This document shows, piece by piece, positions 26,734 through 35,342 of a stretch of 62,622 bases of DNA. The translations under genes were made by a program, and so were the position numbers. Each line of letters starts with the position of its first letter. Within the stretch, counting starts at the first letter, position 1. Under the pieces are notes generated by a model. The model saw only the letters and a list, made by a program, of their open reading frames with translations, was not told the DNA's origin and made no database searches. This DNA comes from a virus (lineage: Duplodnaviria > Caudoviricetes). Location: positions 1-62,622 of the IMG/VR virus record IMGVR_UViG_3300048672_000233. The stretch is one strand, 5' to 3'.

Positions 26734-27021
26734 TCACTTTAAATAACTTTCTAAGTTGTCCAAGTTCGTGTCGTGGATAACTAAAGCTATACCACCTGCT
26801 TCGCGTATGCTGACTAGGTTCTTTTCCTGTAATGCTGTTGGTTTCTTTGTAGCATCTGCTTTTGTTTCAACCGCAATGAAGCGTCCGTTGCTGCATATAA
26901 GGAAGTCTGGTACACCTGCGTTCCCATAACCCGTTCCCATAGGCATAGCGTAGTATGCGCCATATTGTTTGCATAGGGCTTTTACCTTTTCTTTCACTTT
27001 CTTTTCTGGTGTCATTGCCAT
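26734..27021 (-). CDS. VRR-NUC nuclease (Holliday junction resolvase-like)
   Basis: TPEKKVK...GVPDFLICSNGRFIAVETKA...PTALQ. Confidence 0.88.
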   Translation of the reverse strand: MAMTPEKKVKEKVKALCKQYGAYYAMPMGTGYGNAGVPDFLICSNGRFIAVETKADATKKPTALQEKNLVSIREAGGIALVIHDTNLDNLESYLK

Positions 27022-27023
27022 GG

Positions 27024-27236
27024 CTAGTCGTATCTCCGTAGGTAATTAGCTGTTTTGACTTCTTGTGTGAGTGTCATGGGTGGTCGCTTCTTTGGTGTTG
27101 GGTTCGTACCTTTGAGTTTGTTTTTACACGCTGTGCATACTGGCTTGTTGGGGTACTGTATGCTCCCGAACAGCGATTTAGGTTTAGTTTCCGCGCAATG
27201 GGCGCATTTATATTGTTTTTCTGGTGTCGTTGTCAT
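27024..27236 (-). CDS. Small zinc-finger protein
   Basis: CAHC...CTAC. Confidence 0.55.
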   Translation of the reverse strand: MTTTPEKQYKCAHCAETKPKSLFGSIQYPNKPVCTACKNKLKGTNPTPKKRPPMTLTQEVKTANYLRRYD

Positions 27237-27281
27237 GGCTAGGTGGTGTGCGTAAGTTGCGGATAGGTGTAGTTTACCAAA

Positions 27282-27773
27282 CTAATAGAATAATAGCGCA
27301 CCGATACGTTTTGCTTTAAGTGGCGTGGGGTATCGCTTACCTAAATATGTATTATTAAAATAATGGTACGGCATTGCAGCGCAAAATGCTTGAGGATTTT
27401 CAACGGCGTATGTGGCTAGGCGCAATACTGAAAGGTACGCCGCCGTGTCGCTTTTCGGTATGCGGGCAGTTTGCGCCTTGTGGCTAGTTGGCATTCCTGA
27501 TACCTGTGCCTTCCCTGCGAAATTTTTGGGGTGGTTTGACGTGTATTTTTTGGGGTTTTGGGCGGTGGTGCATAGCGGCGTGGTCGTGGCTTTGGTGGTC
27601 GTGGCTTTGGTGGTCGTGGCTTTGGTGGTCGTTGTTGGTTCTGGTGTGTTGTTGATGATGGTGCATAGTACGGCGCGTTGTGCCTGTTGCGGTTGGTTGC
27701 GTGCTTCGTTGTGTGTGGTTGCCGCAAGGCATAAGGCAGACATTAGGGCGGCTGCGGGTGTTAGTGCTGGCAT
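27282..27773 (-). CDS. SleB/Hydrolase_2-like cell wall hydrolase with a Thr-rich repeat insert
   Basis: CLAATTHNEARNQPQQAQRAV...HYFNN...RIGALLFY. Confidence 0.65.
   Translation of the reverse strand: MPALTPAAALMSALCLAATTHNEARNQPQQAQRAVLCTIINNTPEPTTTTKATTTKATTTKATTTPLCTTAQNPKKYTSNHPKNFAGKAQVSGMPTSHKAQTARIPKSDTAAYLSVLRLATYAVENPQAFCAAMPYHYFNNTYLGKRYPTPLKAKRIGALLFY
27580..27632. repeat. 15-bp tandem repeat x3.5 (encodes TTKAT)
   Basis: GTGGTCGTGGCTTTG units. Confidence 0.95.
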
Positions 27774-27976
27774 GAGTGTTCCGTTGGTTTATTTTAGACA
27801 ATAAAAAGGACACTACGGGGTTTGTTCCGTGTGTCCTCTGTGGGTTGCCGTCTTGGGCTGTTAATAAAACGATTCTATCGTAACGGTGTAGCCTTTTGGT
27901 GCTTTCTGTCGGTATTCCCTCGCGTGCTTTTCGGCTGTGGCTTTAGTCAACCCTTACATGATGTTTTAATTTCATT

Positions 27977-28258
27977 CTATCCTTCCCATAATAGTTCATT
28001 TAGTAGGCGCGTTGTGTCGATTATGTTTAATGCTGTTATGCTTTCGTCGCTGTCGCGGTTGTGGATTACATACCATTCGCGCCCCCATTCTTTTATGTGA
28101 CTAATGCTTATGTTTTCTATAGTTGTTGCTGTTCTATCCTGACCGCAAGAGAACAAGCTATATTCAGCATCATTTTTGAGTTTGTCCTGTAGTTGCAGGG
28201 CGGTTAATTGTGTCGGTGCTACATCATGGCGCGTGCCGTCTAAATCTGTTTGTATCAT
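27977..28258 (-). CDS. Early hypothetical protein
   Basis: 93 aa; AGGAG RBS. Confidence 0.6.
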   Translation of the reverse strand: MIQTDLDGTRHDVAPTQLTALQLQDKLKNDAEYSLFSCGQDRTATTIENISISHIKEWGREWYVIHNRDSDESITALNIIDTTRLLNELLWEG

Positions 28259-28262
28259 CGTC

Positions 28263-28454
28263 TTAACTCCTTTTTATCTGTGTGGTTTTAGTTTTCTCAA
28301 TTCTCCAGCTTGCCGCTGGTGCAAGTTCGCGGCGCGTTCTGAATTCTTTAACCGCTTCACGCTCATAAGTTGAGCTAAAAACTGTTTTGAATCCCTCGTT
28401 TGTGCGTGCTTGTACGCTGTATAGCGTGGCTTTTGACCGATATAATCCCTGCAT
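28263..28454 (-). CDS. Early hypothetical protein
   Basis: 63-aa packed ORF. Confidence 0.55.
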   Translation of the reverse strand: MQGLYRSKATLYSVQARTNEGFKTVFSSTYEREAVKEFRTRRELAPAASWRIEKTKTTQIKRS

Positions 28455-28699
28455 TAGCTAAACTCCTTTGCTTTTGCTGCGTGGTTTTTGCGTGCTGCGG
28501 TTAAATTATCAAAACATTCCCAATAGATACGCATGCCTGCGTTATCGTCCCACACTTTAATGTTATAATTTGCGGTGCCTGCGTCTTGATATAGTTCAAT
28601 TTTATACCCTGCTTTTGTGAATATGTTGTCACAATAACCACAAGCTAAAGCGTAGGCTGTAAGCGTTCCGCGTTGTGTTTTGTATTTTGGGGTGTACAT
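28454..28699 (-). CDS. Early hypothetical protein
   Basis: 81 aa; GTLTAYALACGY motif; GGAGG RBS. Confidence 0.65.
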   Translation of the reverse strand: MYTPKYKTQRGTLTAYALACGYCDNIFTKAGYKIELYQDAGTANYNIKVWDDNAGMRIYWECFDNLTAARKNHAAKAKEFS

Positions 28700-28701
28700 T
28701 T

Positions 28702-28908
28702 TTAATCCTCCAATTTTTGGTCTGCGAAAACTTTTATTTTCTTGCCTTTGTAGCTAATGCAAACTACAGCAAAGTTGCCGAACTGCTCAAAAAAGAGCGG
28801 TGTTCGTTCTAATGTCTTGCCGCTTTTTGTTTCAAACGTTAGTTTTTCCTTTGGGTACGTTGTCCAACGCGAGCCTGTGTTGTTAAGATAATATGTGCCG
28901 TTTTTCAT
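28702..28908 (-). CDS. Early hypothetical protein
   Basis: 68 aa; GAGGG RBS. Confidence 0.6.
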   Translation of the reverse strand: MKNGTYYLNNTGSRWTTYPKEKLTFETKSGKTLERTPLFFEQFGNFAVVCISYKGKKIKVFADQKLED

Positions 28909-28969
28909 TTTCTTACCCTCTTTTATAGTTAGTGGCGCGGCGCGATACCAGTGCCGCGCGTTGTGGTGG

Positions 28970-29587
28970 TTATTTCAGTTCGATGCCTTCGCTGTCAAGC
29001 CAGTTATTGAAGGCTTCACGATATGCAACGAGGTCGCACGTTTTGAGTGTGTCGGCGGGGTATAGGGTTAAGCCAAAGGCTTTTACTGGTTCGTAGCAAT
29101 CATCGAGCATCTCATCAAACATTTTTAGCGCGTCGCATTCGTCAATGCGTGGGTCTTCTTCTTCTTCTTCTTCTTCTTCTTCTTCTTCTTCTTCTTCCGC
29201 GTCTATTAAAACGCGGCACACTTCCTCGGCGGCAAACCATGTTAAGGCGTTTTTGAATTGCTGCGTGTCCGCTGCATCTGTGTGGTTTAATAAAAAGTTT
29301 TCCGCGTCGCGGGTTGTATAATCGCCTGTTAAGCAATTGAATGATGCAAGGCACGCGGCGCGGCTGTCATAACCACACTCGTCTACAATCTCATCAAGCT
29401 GAGTTAAAATCAGCTCTTTGTTATCATCATAGAAGCGCGTTGTGTCGTAGCAACTATAGAAGCCATGAAAACCCCCCACTATGCCGTGATTCACAATATC
29501 GCGGATATTGTCGCGACTGAATTCCCCTTGTTTCATTACTGCGGCGGTTAATTTTTCAAAGTCTGTTTTTTCAATTTTTGTTGTCAT
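28970..29587 (-). CDS. Acidic two-domain early protein with a poly-Glu linker
   Basis: Likely start ATG 29587 (GGGGAA RBS); E14 encoded by (GAA)14. Confidence 0.7.
   Translation of the reverse strand: MTTKIEKTDFEKLTAAVMKQGEFSRDNIRDIVNHGIVGGFHGFYSCYDTTRFYDDNKELILTQLDEIVDECGYDSRAACLASFNCLTGDYTTRDAENFLLNHTDAADTQQFKNALTWFAAEEVCRVLIDAEEEEEEEEEEEEEEDPRIDECDALKMFDEMLDDCYEPVKAFGLTLYPADTLKTCDLVAYREAFNNWLDSEGIELK
29156..29197 (-). repeat. (GAA)14 microsatellite
   Basis: Perfect TTC x14 on the + strand. Confidence 0.95.
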
Positions 29588-29708
29588 TGTTTTATTCCCC
29601 TGAGTTGATTGCACGGCGTGCGATATGCACGCCATAAGCTGATAAAGCCGCAACGCTAGTAAGCATCGCCAACAGGGCTAATATACCCTCAGTTAGTTGT
29701 GTCATGTT

Positions 29709-30086
29709 CTATGCTCCAATAAAGTTAATGGTTATCTGTTTTCTCGTCGCGATGCTGTCGAGTGTGCGCTTATTGAATACGTTGTTTGTTGTGCTGTATG
29801 TTTCTAAGCGTTCCATGCCTGTTATGACACGCCAAACATCAGCACCAAATACGCTCTTAATAACTTGAATACCCGCGCGGGATTCTTTCAATGCACGGTT
29901 GGCGGCAACGAACGCGAGTGATTTTTTTGCGCGTTTTAATCCTTTGCTTATCTTGTTTGCAAGCGTCATAGGTTTAGTGCTTTGGGTCTGCTTTGGGTCT
30001 GCACACTGCAAGAGGGTTTTTGCTTTGCGTGTGAGTAACTGGACTAAGATTGCATCTAGTCCAGTTAAAACTTTTTTTGTTTTCAT
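29709..30086 (-). CDS. Basic hypothetical protein, first gene of the early arm
   Basis: 125 aa; GGAG RBS. Confidence 0.6.
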   Translation of the reverse strand: MKTKKVLTGLDAILVQLLTRKAKTLLQCADPKQTQSTKPMTLANKISKGLKRAKKSLAFVAANRALKESRAGIQVIKSVFGADVWRVITGMERLETYSTTNNVFNKRTLDSIATRKQITINFIGA

Positions 30087-30099
30087 GTTGTCTACTCCA

Positions 30100-31220
30100 G
30101 CCGATTCAGTCGGCGATTCTGTTGTTTATTTACAACACTTGTTGTTTTGTTGCTGAGACACAACAAAATGTATACTCTTTCACAACAAGTGGTTTTTTCA
30201 ACGACAACGTTTAAAACGTTGTCGCGGTGCTGTCGTAGCGTTGTTTCTTCCTTGGGCAGCATATTATTGTTTTTGGTGTTGTCGTGTCAAATGTTTTTAC
30301 TTCTTTTTATTTCTTTTGTCGCGGTTTTGTTTGGTGGTGTTCGGTTTTACTTTATTTATTAATAGGTTGGTGCTACGGGGAATAGCACAGAATAAAACAA
30401 AGTAGCGGCAAGCAACGCGGCGGCATTAAACAGTCCTTGGCTATACTTTGTTTTACTTTGTTATGCGCTGCATTGCAAAACGTTGTTTCGCGTTGTCGTT
30501 CTATCGGCGTAAGTGTTTGATTTATATAACATTGATGTAGCACGACAATAGAAACAATACAAACAACGACAGCAAAAAATATGAGAGCGAGCGAGAGCCA
30601 CACTAAAAGGAAAACGGCAAAAACAAAAAGGCTCTTATATATAATAAAAAAACGTTGTTTGTATTGTTGTTCTTTTCTATGCCGCATGGTTGCTGGGTTC
30701 CTGCGACAACGCGAAACAATACAAACAACGTTTTGCAATGCAGCGCATAACCAAGTAAATCCAAGCATCAACTGGTGTGCTGTCGTTCTATATGGTTAAT
30801 GCTGCGTTATGCTCTGCGTTGCTTAGCTGCACTTCTAATATATGTCGCAGCAACTAACCTCCACGCTGTAACTTATGCAGGGACAAATAATGTAATACAC
30901 GACTATACAAGTGTAACCTATACAGCGACAAATAATGTATAGGTCAAGCTATACAAGTCCAGTAACGGCGCGGGTTCTAGCCTGTTTACCTTTTTCGCCA
31001 AAACCGCATAAAAATGACCTCCAAAAAAGCTGCAGGGGTATACCTCACACTCACCGACCCCCACCCCCTTAGAAATTATTTGATGGCTCGGTGGTCCTAC
31101 ACTCAGTTTTAGACGTTAAGTCAGTAAGTTTTCACATTTTACAAAACATAACTACACAGACACCCCTCACACTCAGAAACCTACCCAAAAATTTTTATAT
31201 GTAAAATTTTTCACCCCGCA
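30100..31220. other. Non-coding divergence region; candidate replication origin or packaging region
   Basis: 29-bp perfect inverted repeat (30460-30488 / 30723-30751); AACAATACAAACAACG iterons; IHF consensus; AT-rich core. Confidence 0.55.
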
Positions 31221-31227
31221 GTGCATC

Positions 31228-31272
31228 TTGACATTGCGCCTTGGAGGTGATATGCTGAGTTCAGCATATCAC
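31228..31272 (+). promoter_or_regulatory. Promoter of the packaging/structural operon with an overlapping palindromic operator
   Basis: TTGACA-N17-TATGCT; GTGATATGCTGA-gt-TCAGCATATCAC at 31247-31272. Confidence 0.7.
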
Positions 31273-31299
31273 TTTTACCTCTCCTAGCCACAAACCACT

Positions 31300-31791
31300 A
31301 TGGACGAAGAAACAGCAATTATCCCTATTACATGGGACACAACAAGCCCAGAGAGCCTCTGGAATGCCGCACTACATAATGCAGAGTTTGAACAGCTAAC
31401 ACAGCAAGAAACGCCCGTAACTAAAGATGATGAGCGAGAAGCCCGTGCAATAGTGTTTCAAACGCCACACGCACCAGAAAAACCCTCTACACCGGGCGCA
31501 GCTAAAGCCGTAAAACGCTTGTTGTCTAAATACGACTTTTCATTAAGTGATGAATCCTTACGCCTTAGAACTTATGCCATATCAAGATTATTAGACCTTG
31601 CAGAAAGTGAAAAAGAGAATATCGCCCTATCTGCTATTGAGAAAATAGGCAAAATTGCTGAGGTAGGTCTATTTGAAACAAAGATAAGTGTTGATATAAA
31701 CAGTAAGTCCACAGATGAGCTTGAGAACGAACTAAAAGCGTTGCTGGGAAAGTACGTTGGGAGCAATGTGATTGAAGGTGAAGTGTTGTGA
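31300..31791 (+). CDS. Putative terminase small subunit
   Basis: Immediately upstream of TerL; ALSAIEKIGKIAEVGLF helical motif; assignment mostly positional. Confidence 0.6.
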   Translation: MDEETAIIPITWDTTSPESLWNAALHNAEFEQLTQQETPVTKDDEREARAIVFQTPHAPEKPSTPGAAKAVKRLLSKYDFSLSDESLRLRTYAISRLLDLAESEKENIALSAIEKIGKIAEVGLFETKISVDINSKSTDELENELKALLGKYVGSNVIEGEVL

Positions 31792-34700
31792 CAGCACAGA
31801 TAACCAATGAGATTCTACTCAAGATGAGTGAAACCGACCGCATAAAGGCTCTTAAGATGCTGTCTGCGCTCGAAAAACGTAAAACACAAGAGGAAGCCCA
31901 GCGCAGCTTTATTAAGTTCGTAGAGCAGATGTGGGACGGGTTTATATCAGGACCCCACCATAAGAAAATGGCAGATGCCTTTGAACGGGCAGCTAAAGGA
32001 GAATTAAAACGCCTTATTATCAACATGCCACCTAGACATGCACTAACATTAGACACGCTAATCCCGACAACCTCAGGGATGAAATCTATGCGTGACATTG
32101 CTGTAGGAGATGAAGTATTCCATGTGTCAGGAAAAGCTATTAAAGTATTAGGTAAGTCCGAGGTTTTTAATAACAGGGACTTATATAAAGTTACAACCGA
32201 TGATGGGTGTGAAGTTATTTGTGATGGCGCACATTTATGGACAGTTAGAATAGATAGAAAGCGCGATATATACCACACGCACACAACAGAAAACCTATGG
32301 AAACGCCAACAAGGGTGGTTTTTACGCACTAAACGCGGCGGTGGGGTCGAATTAAAGTCCCCAGAGGTATGGGAAAAAGCCAACTACGAACCCGTACGCT
32401 TACCTATGCTGCCCGCATTTGGGGTAGCACAATACAGCGAAAAAGACCTAATAGTTGACCCTTATGTTTTAGGGTTGTGGTTGGGTGATGGTACAAGCCT
32501 ACAAGCAATTATAACTAGCCACGATGATGACGCTGTATGTATTCGCCCAGAAATAGAGCGCAGAGGATATAAAACCTCAGACCAAGCAACGTACTTCACG
32601 TTTGGGATATTAGGGCTTAAAGCACAACTGCGCGAAATAGGGGTGTTAGGTAACAAGCATATACCACAAATATATTTAGAAGGGTCAGAAGCACAACGTA
32701 GAGATTTACTCAAAGGATTAATGGACTCTGACGGTAATGTGAGCAAAAAAGGGCAGTGTTTCTTTTCACAGAAAAGCAAAGTGTTCATCGAACAAGTGCG
32801 CGTACTACTAGCTAGTTTAGGTATTAAAAGCACAATATATGCAACAGAAGCCAAAATAGGGAATGTTTCATATGGTATGCACTATCAATGCTCTTTTTAT
32901 GCTAGTGACATTGCTTTTCTACACCGTAAAGAAGAACGAACACTAAAAACCAAGCGTACGTTTGGGCGATATATAAGTGTGGAAAAACTTAATAATGTAG
33001 GGGATACACAGTGCATTAAAGTAGATAGTGGCGATGGGTTATTTTTAGTGAGTGAAGGGTACGTCTGTACACACAATACAAAAAGCGAATTCGCTTCCTA
33101 CCTGCTACCCGCATGGTGGCTAGGTCTATATCCCGATGCCCAGGTAATGCAAATTTCACACACGGCGGAGTTAGCCGAGGGGTTTGGTAGAAAGGTTAGA
33201 AACTTAGTTGATTCTGATGATTACCACGAGGTATTCCCTAACACCGTGTTAAGTAAAGACTCTACAGCGGCGGCTAGGTGGAATACAAGTAAAAAAGGTA
33301 TCTATCATGCTATGGGTGTCGGCGCGGCTGTTGCCGGGAAAGGTTGTTCCCTTTTGGTGCTTGATGACGTAATCAGCGAACAAGAAGGTAAAACAAGCAA
33401 CCCAGTACCACACAATAACGTCTACGACTATTACATGACAGGACCTCGTCAACGGCTTCAACCTGGCGGGGTAATAATACTCGTAATGACACGCTGGAGT
33501 AAGATAGACCTTACAGGAAGGCTTGTTGATAACATGATTAAGAACCCTGACGGTGACCAGTGGGAAGTAATTGAGTTCCCTGCTATTTTGCCGTCAGGTA
33601 AACCCTTATGGGAAGCCTTTTGGTCACTTGAGGACTTGCTCCGCACCAAAGCAACTATTGACTCACGGTTTTGGAATGCTCAGTATATGCAGAACCCAAC
33701 CTCTGAGGAGGGCGCGATTATTAAGCGCGAGTGGTGGCGTATATGGGGTAAGAAAAACCCACCCCCAACAGAGTTCATTCTCATGTCTTGGGATACCGCC
33801 TACGAAAAACACAACCGTGCTGACTACAGTGCGATGACCGTGTGGGGTGTGTTCTATTATGAGGACGAGGAAACAGGCGCAACGCAGCCCAATATAATGC
33901 TGCTCGACGCAGTTAAAAAACGTGTAGAATTCCCTGAATTAAAACAATGGGTGTATGATGCGTATAATGAATGGCAACCTGACTCGATGATTGTTGAAAA
34001 ACGCGCTTCAGGAGCATCACTTATTCAAGAGCTACGCCGTATGGGTATTCCCACACAAGAGTTCACACCAGGGAAAGGGAATGATAAAATCTCAAGGCTA
34101 ACCGCCGTCGCCGATATATTTGCATCAGGCTTTGTTTGGTGTCCTGATACGCGTTGGGCGCAAGAGCTTATGGACGAGGTAGCGTCGTTTCCCGCTGGAC
34201 AACACGACGATTTGTGCTTGGTAGGCAACACACAAATTCTAATGGCAGATGGTACAACGCGCAGAATAGACGCGCTGGTAGGAGGGGAATATATACACAC
34301 GCCGTTAGGTAATAAACGCATACAGTTAGCATCCCTAACAGGTATAAGCCCTACATGGGTAGTAGTCACTAGCGGTGGAACTTTAGAAGGGAGCGCAGCA
34401 CATAGAGTATTTACCCAAAGAGGGTGGGTACGCCTTGACGAATTGAGTACACATGATACCATACACTCAGTATCTACTACGGAGGAAACATCATGGCAGC
34501 AAAAATTACCCGCACTGACAGAAAAGTTATTAAATTCAATGGGCGAACCTATCAACTGTATAGTGATAGAAATTATTATGAACGTGTTGGGGGCAGGTAT
34601 TTTCTACATAGAGACGTGTGGGAATACTATAAGGGAACTATCCCAGAAGGCTATCAAATCCATCACATTGATGGTGACAAAGAGAACAACGATATTGCCA

Positions 34701-35342
34701 ACCTCGAAATGTTGTCTAGGGAAGCTCACAGACAAGAACATAAAGAAACCTACGCAGCCTTTGGTACACGCCCTGATAGACTTGAACACTTGGCTAATAT
34801 CAGAGCTAAAGCATCAGAATGGCATAAATCACCCGAAGGCAGAGAGTGGCATAAAACCCACGCAAAAAACTCTATCCACCAAGAAGGCGTGGCTAAAGCG
34901 TGGAGTAATGTTGTACCAGAAGATAAACAGTGTACAGTATGTGATAAAACATACCCTGCTAAAGACCTGTCAAGAGCTAAATACTGTTCTAGTGAATGTT
35001 TATATAAAGCTGCAAGGCACAGAAAAAGAGCCAAATGGCTTACAACAGTTCGTCAATGCAGTAAATGTGGTAAAGACTACACAGCACCTTCGCAAGCAAC
35101 TAAGTATTGCAGTTCAGAATGCCGCAGTCTTAAAGGTGTACCCAACTACAAGAACAGAAAAGGTATATAATCTAAGTATATCGGAAAGCCCTGTTTATTA
35201 TGCTAACGGACTCCTTACGCACAACTGCGATACGGTAAGTATGGCGATGATGTTATTCCGCCAAGGTGGACATATTAGGACAAGGTTAGATGAGCCAGAT
35301 GAAGAAATTACACACCGCAGACACAAAAGAGAATACTACTAA
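31788..35342 (+). CDS. terL: Terminase large subunit with two inteins (about 501 aa after splicing)
   Basis: Spliced motifs MPPRHTKSEFAS (Walker A), LVLDD (Walker B), VMTRW, SWDTA, ADYSA, VEKRASG, HDDLCDT. Confidence 0.95.
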   Translation: MTAQITNEILLKMSETDRIKALKMLSALEKRKTQEEAQRSFIKFVEQMWDGFISGPHHKKMADAFERAAKGELKRLIINMPPRHALTLDTLIPTTSGMKSMRDIAVGDEVFHVSGKAIKVLGKSEVFNNRDLYKVTTDDGCEVICDGAHLWTVRIDRKRDIYHTHTTENLWKRQQGWFLRTKRGGGVELKSPEVWEKANYEPVRLPMLPAFGVAQYSEKDLIVDPYVLGLWLGDGTSLQAIITSHDDDAVCIRPEIERRGYKTSDQATYFTFGILGLKAQLREIGVLGNKHIPQIYLEGSEAQRRDLLKGLMDSDGNVSKKGQCFFSQKSKVFIEQVRVLLASLGIKSTIYATEAKIGNVSYGMHYQCSFYASDIAFLHRKEERTLKTKRTFGRYISVEKLNNVGDTQCIKVDSGDGLFLVSEGYVCTHNTKSEFASYLLPAWWLGLYPDAQVMQISHTAELAEGFGRKVRNLVDSDDYHEVFPNTVLSKDSTAAARWNTSKKGIYHAMGVGAAVAGKGCSLLVLDDVISEQEGKTSNPVPHNNVYDYYMTGPRQRLQPGGVIILVMTRWSKIDLTGRLVDNMIKNPDGDQWEVIEFPAILPSGKPLWEAFWSLEDLLRTKATIDSRFWNAQYMQNPTSEEGAIIKREWWRIWGKKNPPPTEFILMSWDTAYEKHNRADYSAMTVWGVFYYEDEETGATQPNIMLLDAVKKRVEFPELKQWVYDAYNEWQPDSMIVEKRASGASLIQELRRMGIPTQEFTPGKGNDKISRLTAVADIFASGFVWCPDTRWAQELMDEVASFPAGQHDDLCLVGNTQILMADGTTRRIDALVGGEYIHTPLGNKRIQLASLTGISPTWVVVTSGGTLEGSAAHRVFTQRGWVRLDELSTHDTIHSVSTTEETSWQQKLPALTEKLLNSMGEPINCIVIEIIMNVLGAGIFYIETCGNTIRELSQKAIKSITLMVTKRTTILPTSKCCLGKLTDKNIKKPTQPLVHALIDLNTWLISELKHQNGINHPKAESGIKPTQKTLSTKKAWLKRGVMLYQKINSVQYVIKHTLLKTCQELNTVLVNVYIKLQGTEKEPNGLQQFVNAVNVVKTTQHLRKQLSIAVQNAAVLKVYPTTRTEKVYNLSISESPVYYANGLLTHNCDTVSMAMMLFRQGGHIRTRLDEPDEEITHRRHKREYY
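32040..33077 (+). mobile_element. Class 3 intein (346 aa) with an in-frame LAGLIDADG endonuclease, in TerL Walker A
   Basis: Starts with Ala (ALTLDTLIPT); W in block B (AHLW), C in block F (TQCIKV), T in block G (CTHN|T); LGLWLGDG and LKGLMDSDG. Confidence 0.9.
34215..35225 (+). mobile_element. Intein (337 aa) in the TerL nuclease motif HDDL|CD
   Basis: CLVGNTQILMADG...GSAAHRVFTQRGWV...KVYNLSISESPVYYANGLLTHN|C. Confidence 0.9.
34493..35170 (+). CDS. HNH homing endonuclease with zinc-ribbon repeats, overprinted out of frame inside TerL intein 2
   Basis: GGAGG at 34481-34485, 7 nt before ATG; LHRDVWEYYKGTIPEGYQIHHIDGDKENNDIANLEML...H; two CxxC...YCSSEC modules. Confidence 0.88.
   Translation: MAAKITRTDRKVIKFNGRTYQLYSDRNYYERVGGRYFLHRDVWEYYKGTIPEGYQIHHIDGDKENNDIANLEMLSREAHRQEHKETYAAFGTRPDRLEHLANIRAKASEWHKSPEGREWHKTHAKNSIHQEGVAKAWSNVVPEDKQCTVCDKTYPAKDLSRAKYCSSECLYKAARHRKRAKWLTTVRQCSKCGKDYTAPSQATKYCSSECRSLKGVPNYKNRKGI

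Noticed and set aside
27412-27813. Four overlapping ORFs in several frames as a second overprinting case
   Set aside because: The alternative products are low-complexity translations of a 15-bp repeat in a compositionally skewed stretch, with no motifs.
30147-30799. ORFs of 71-132 aa in the divergence gap
   Set aside because: Translations of repeats and low-complexity sequence without protein-like features; treated as non-coding.
31634-32383. 249-aa antisense ORF over TerS/TerL, and other long antisense ORFs in the track
   Set aside because: They lie opposite well-supported genes and lack recognisable motifs.
34025-35034. Minus-strand ORFs across TerL intein 2
   Set aside because: No domain motifs recognised; antisense shadows, unlike the + strand HNH frame.
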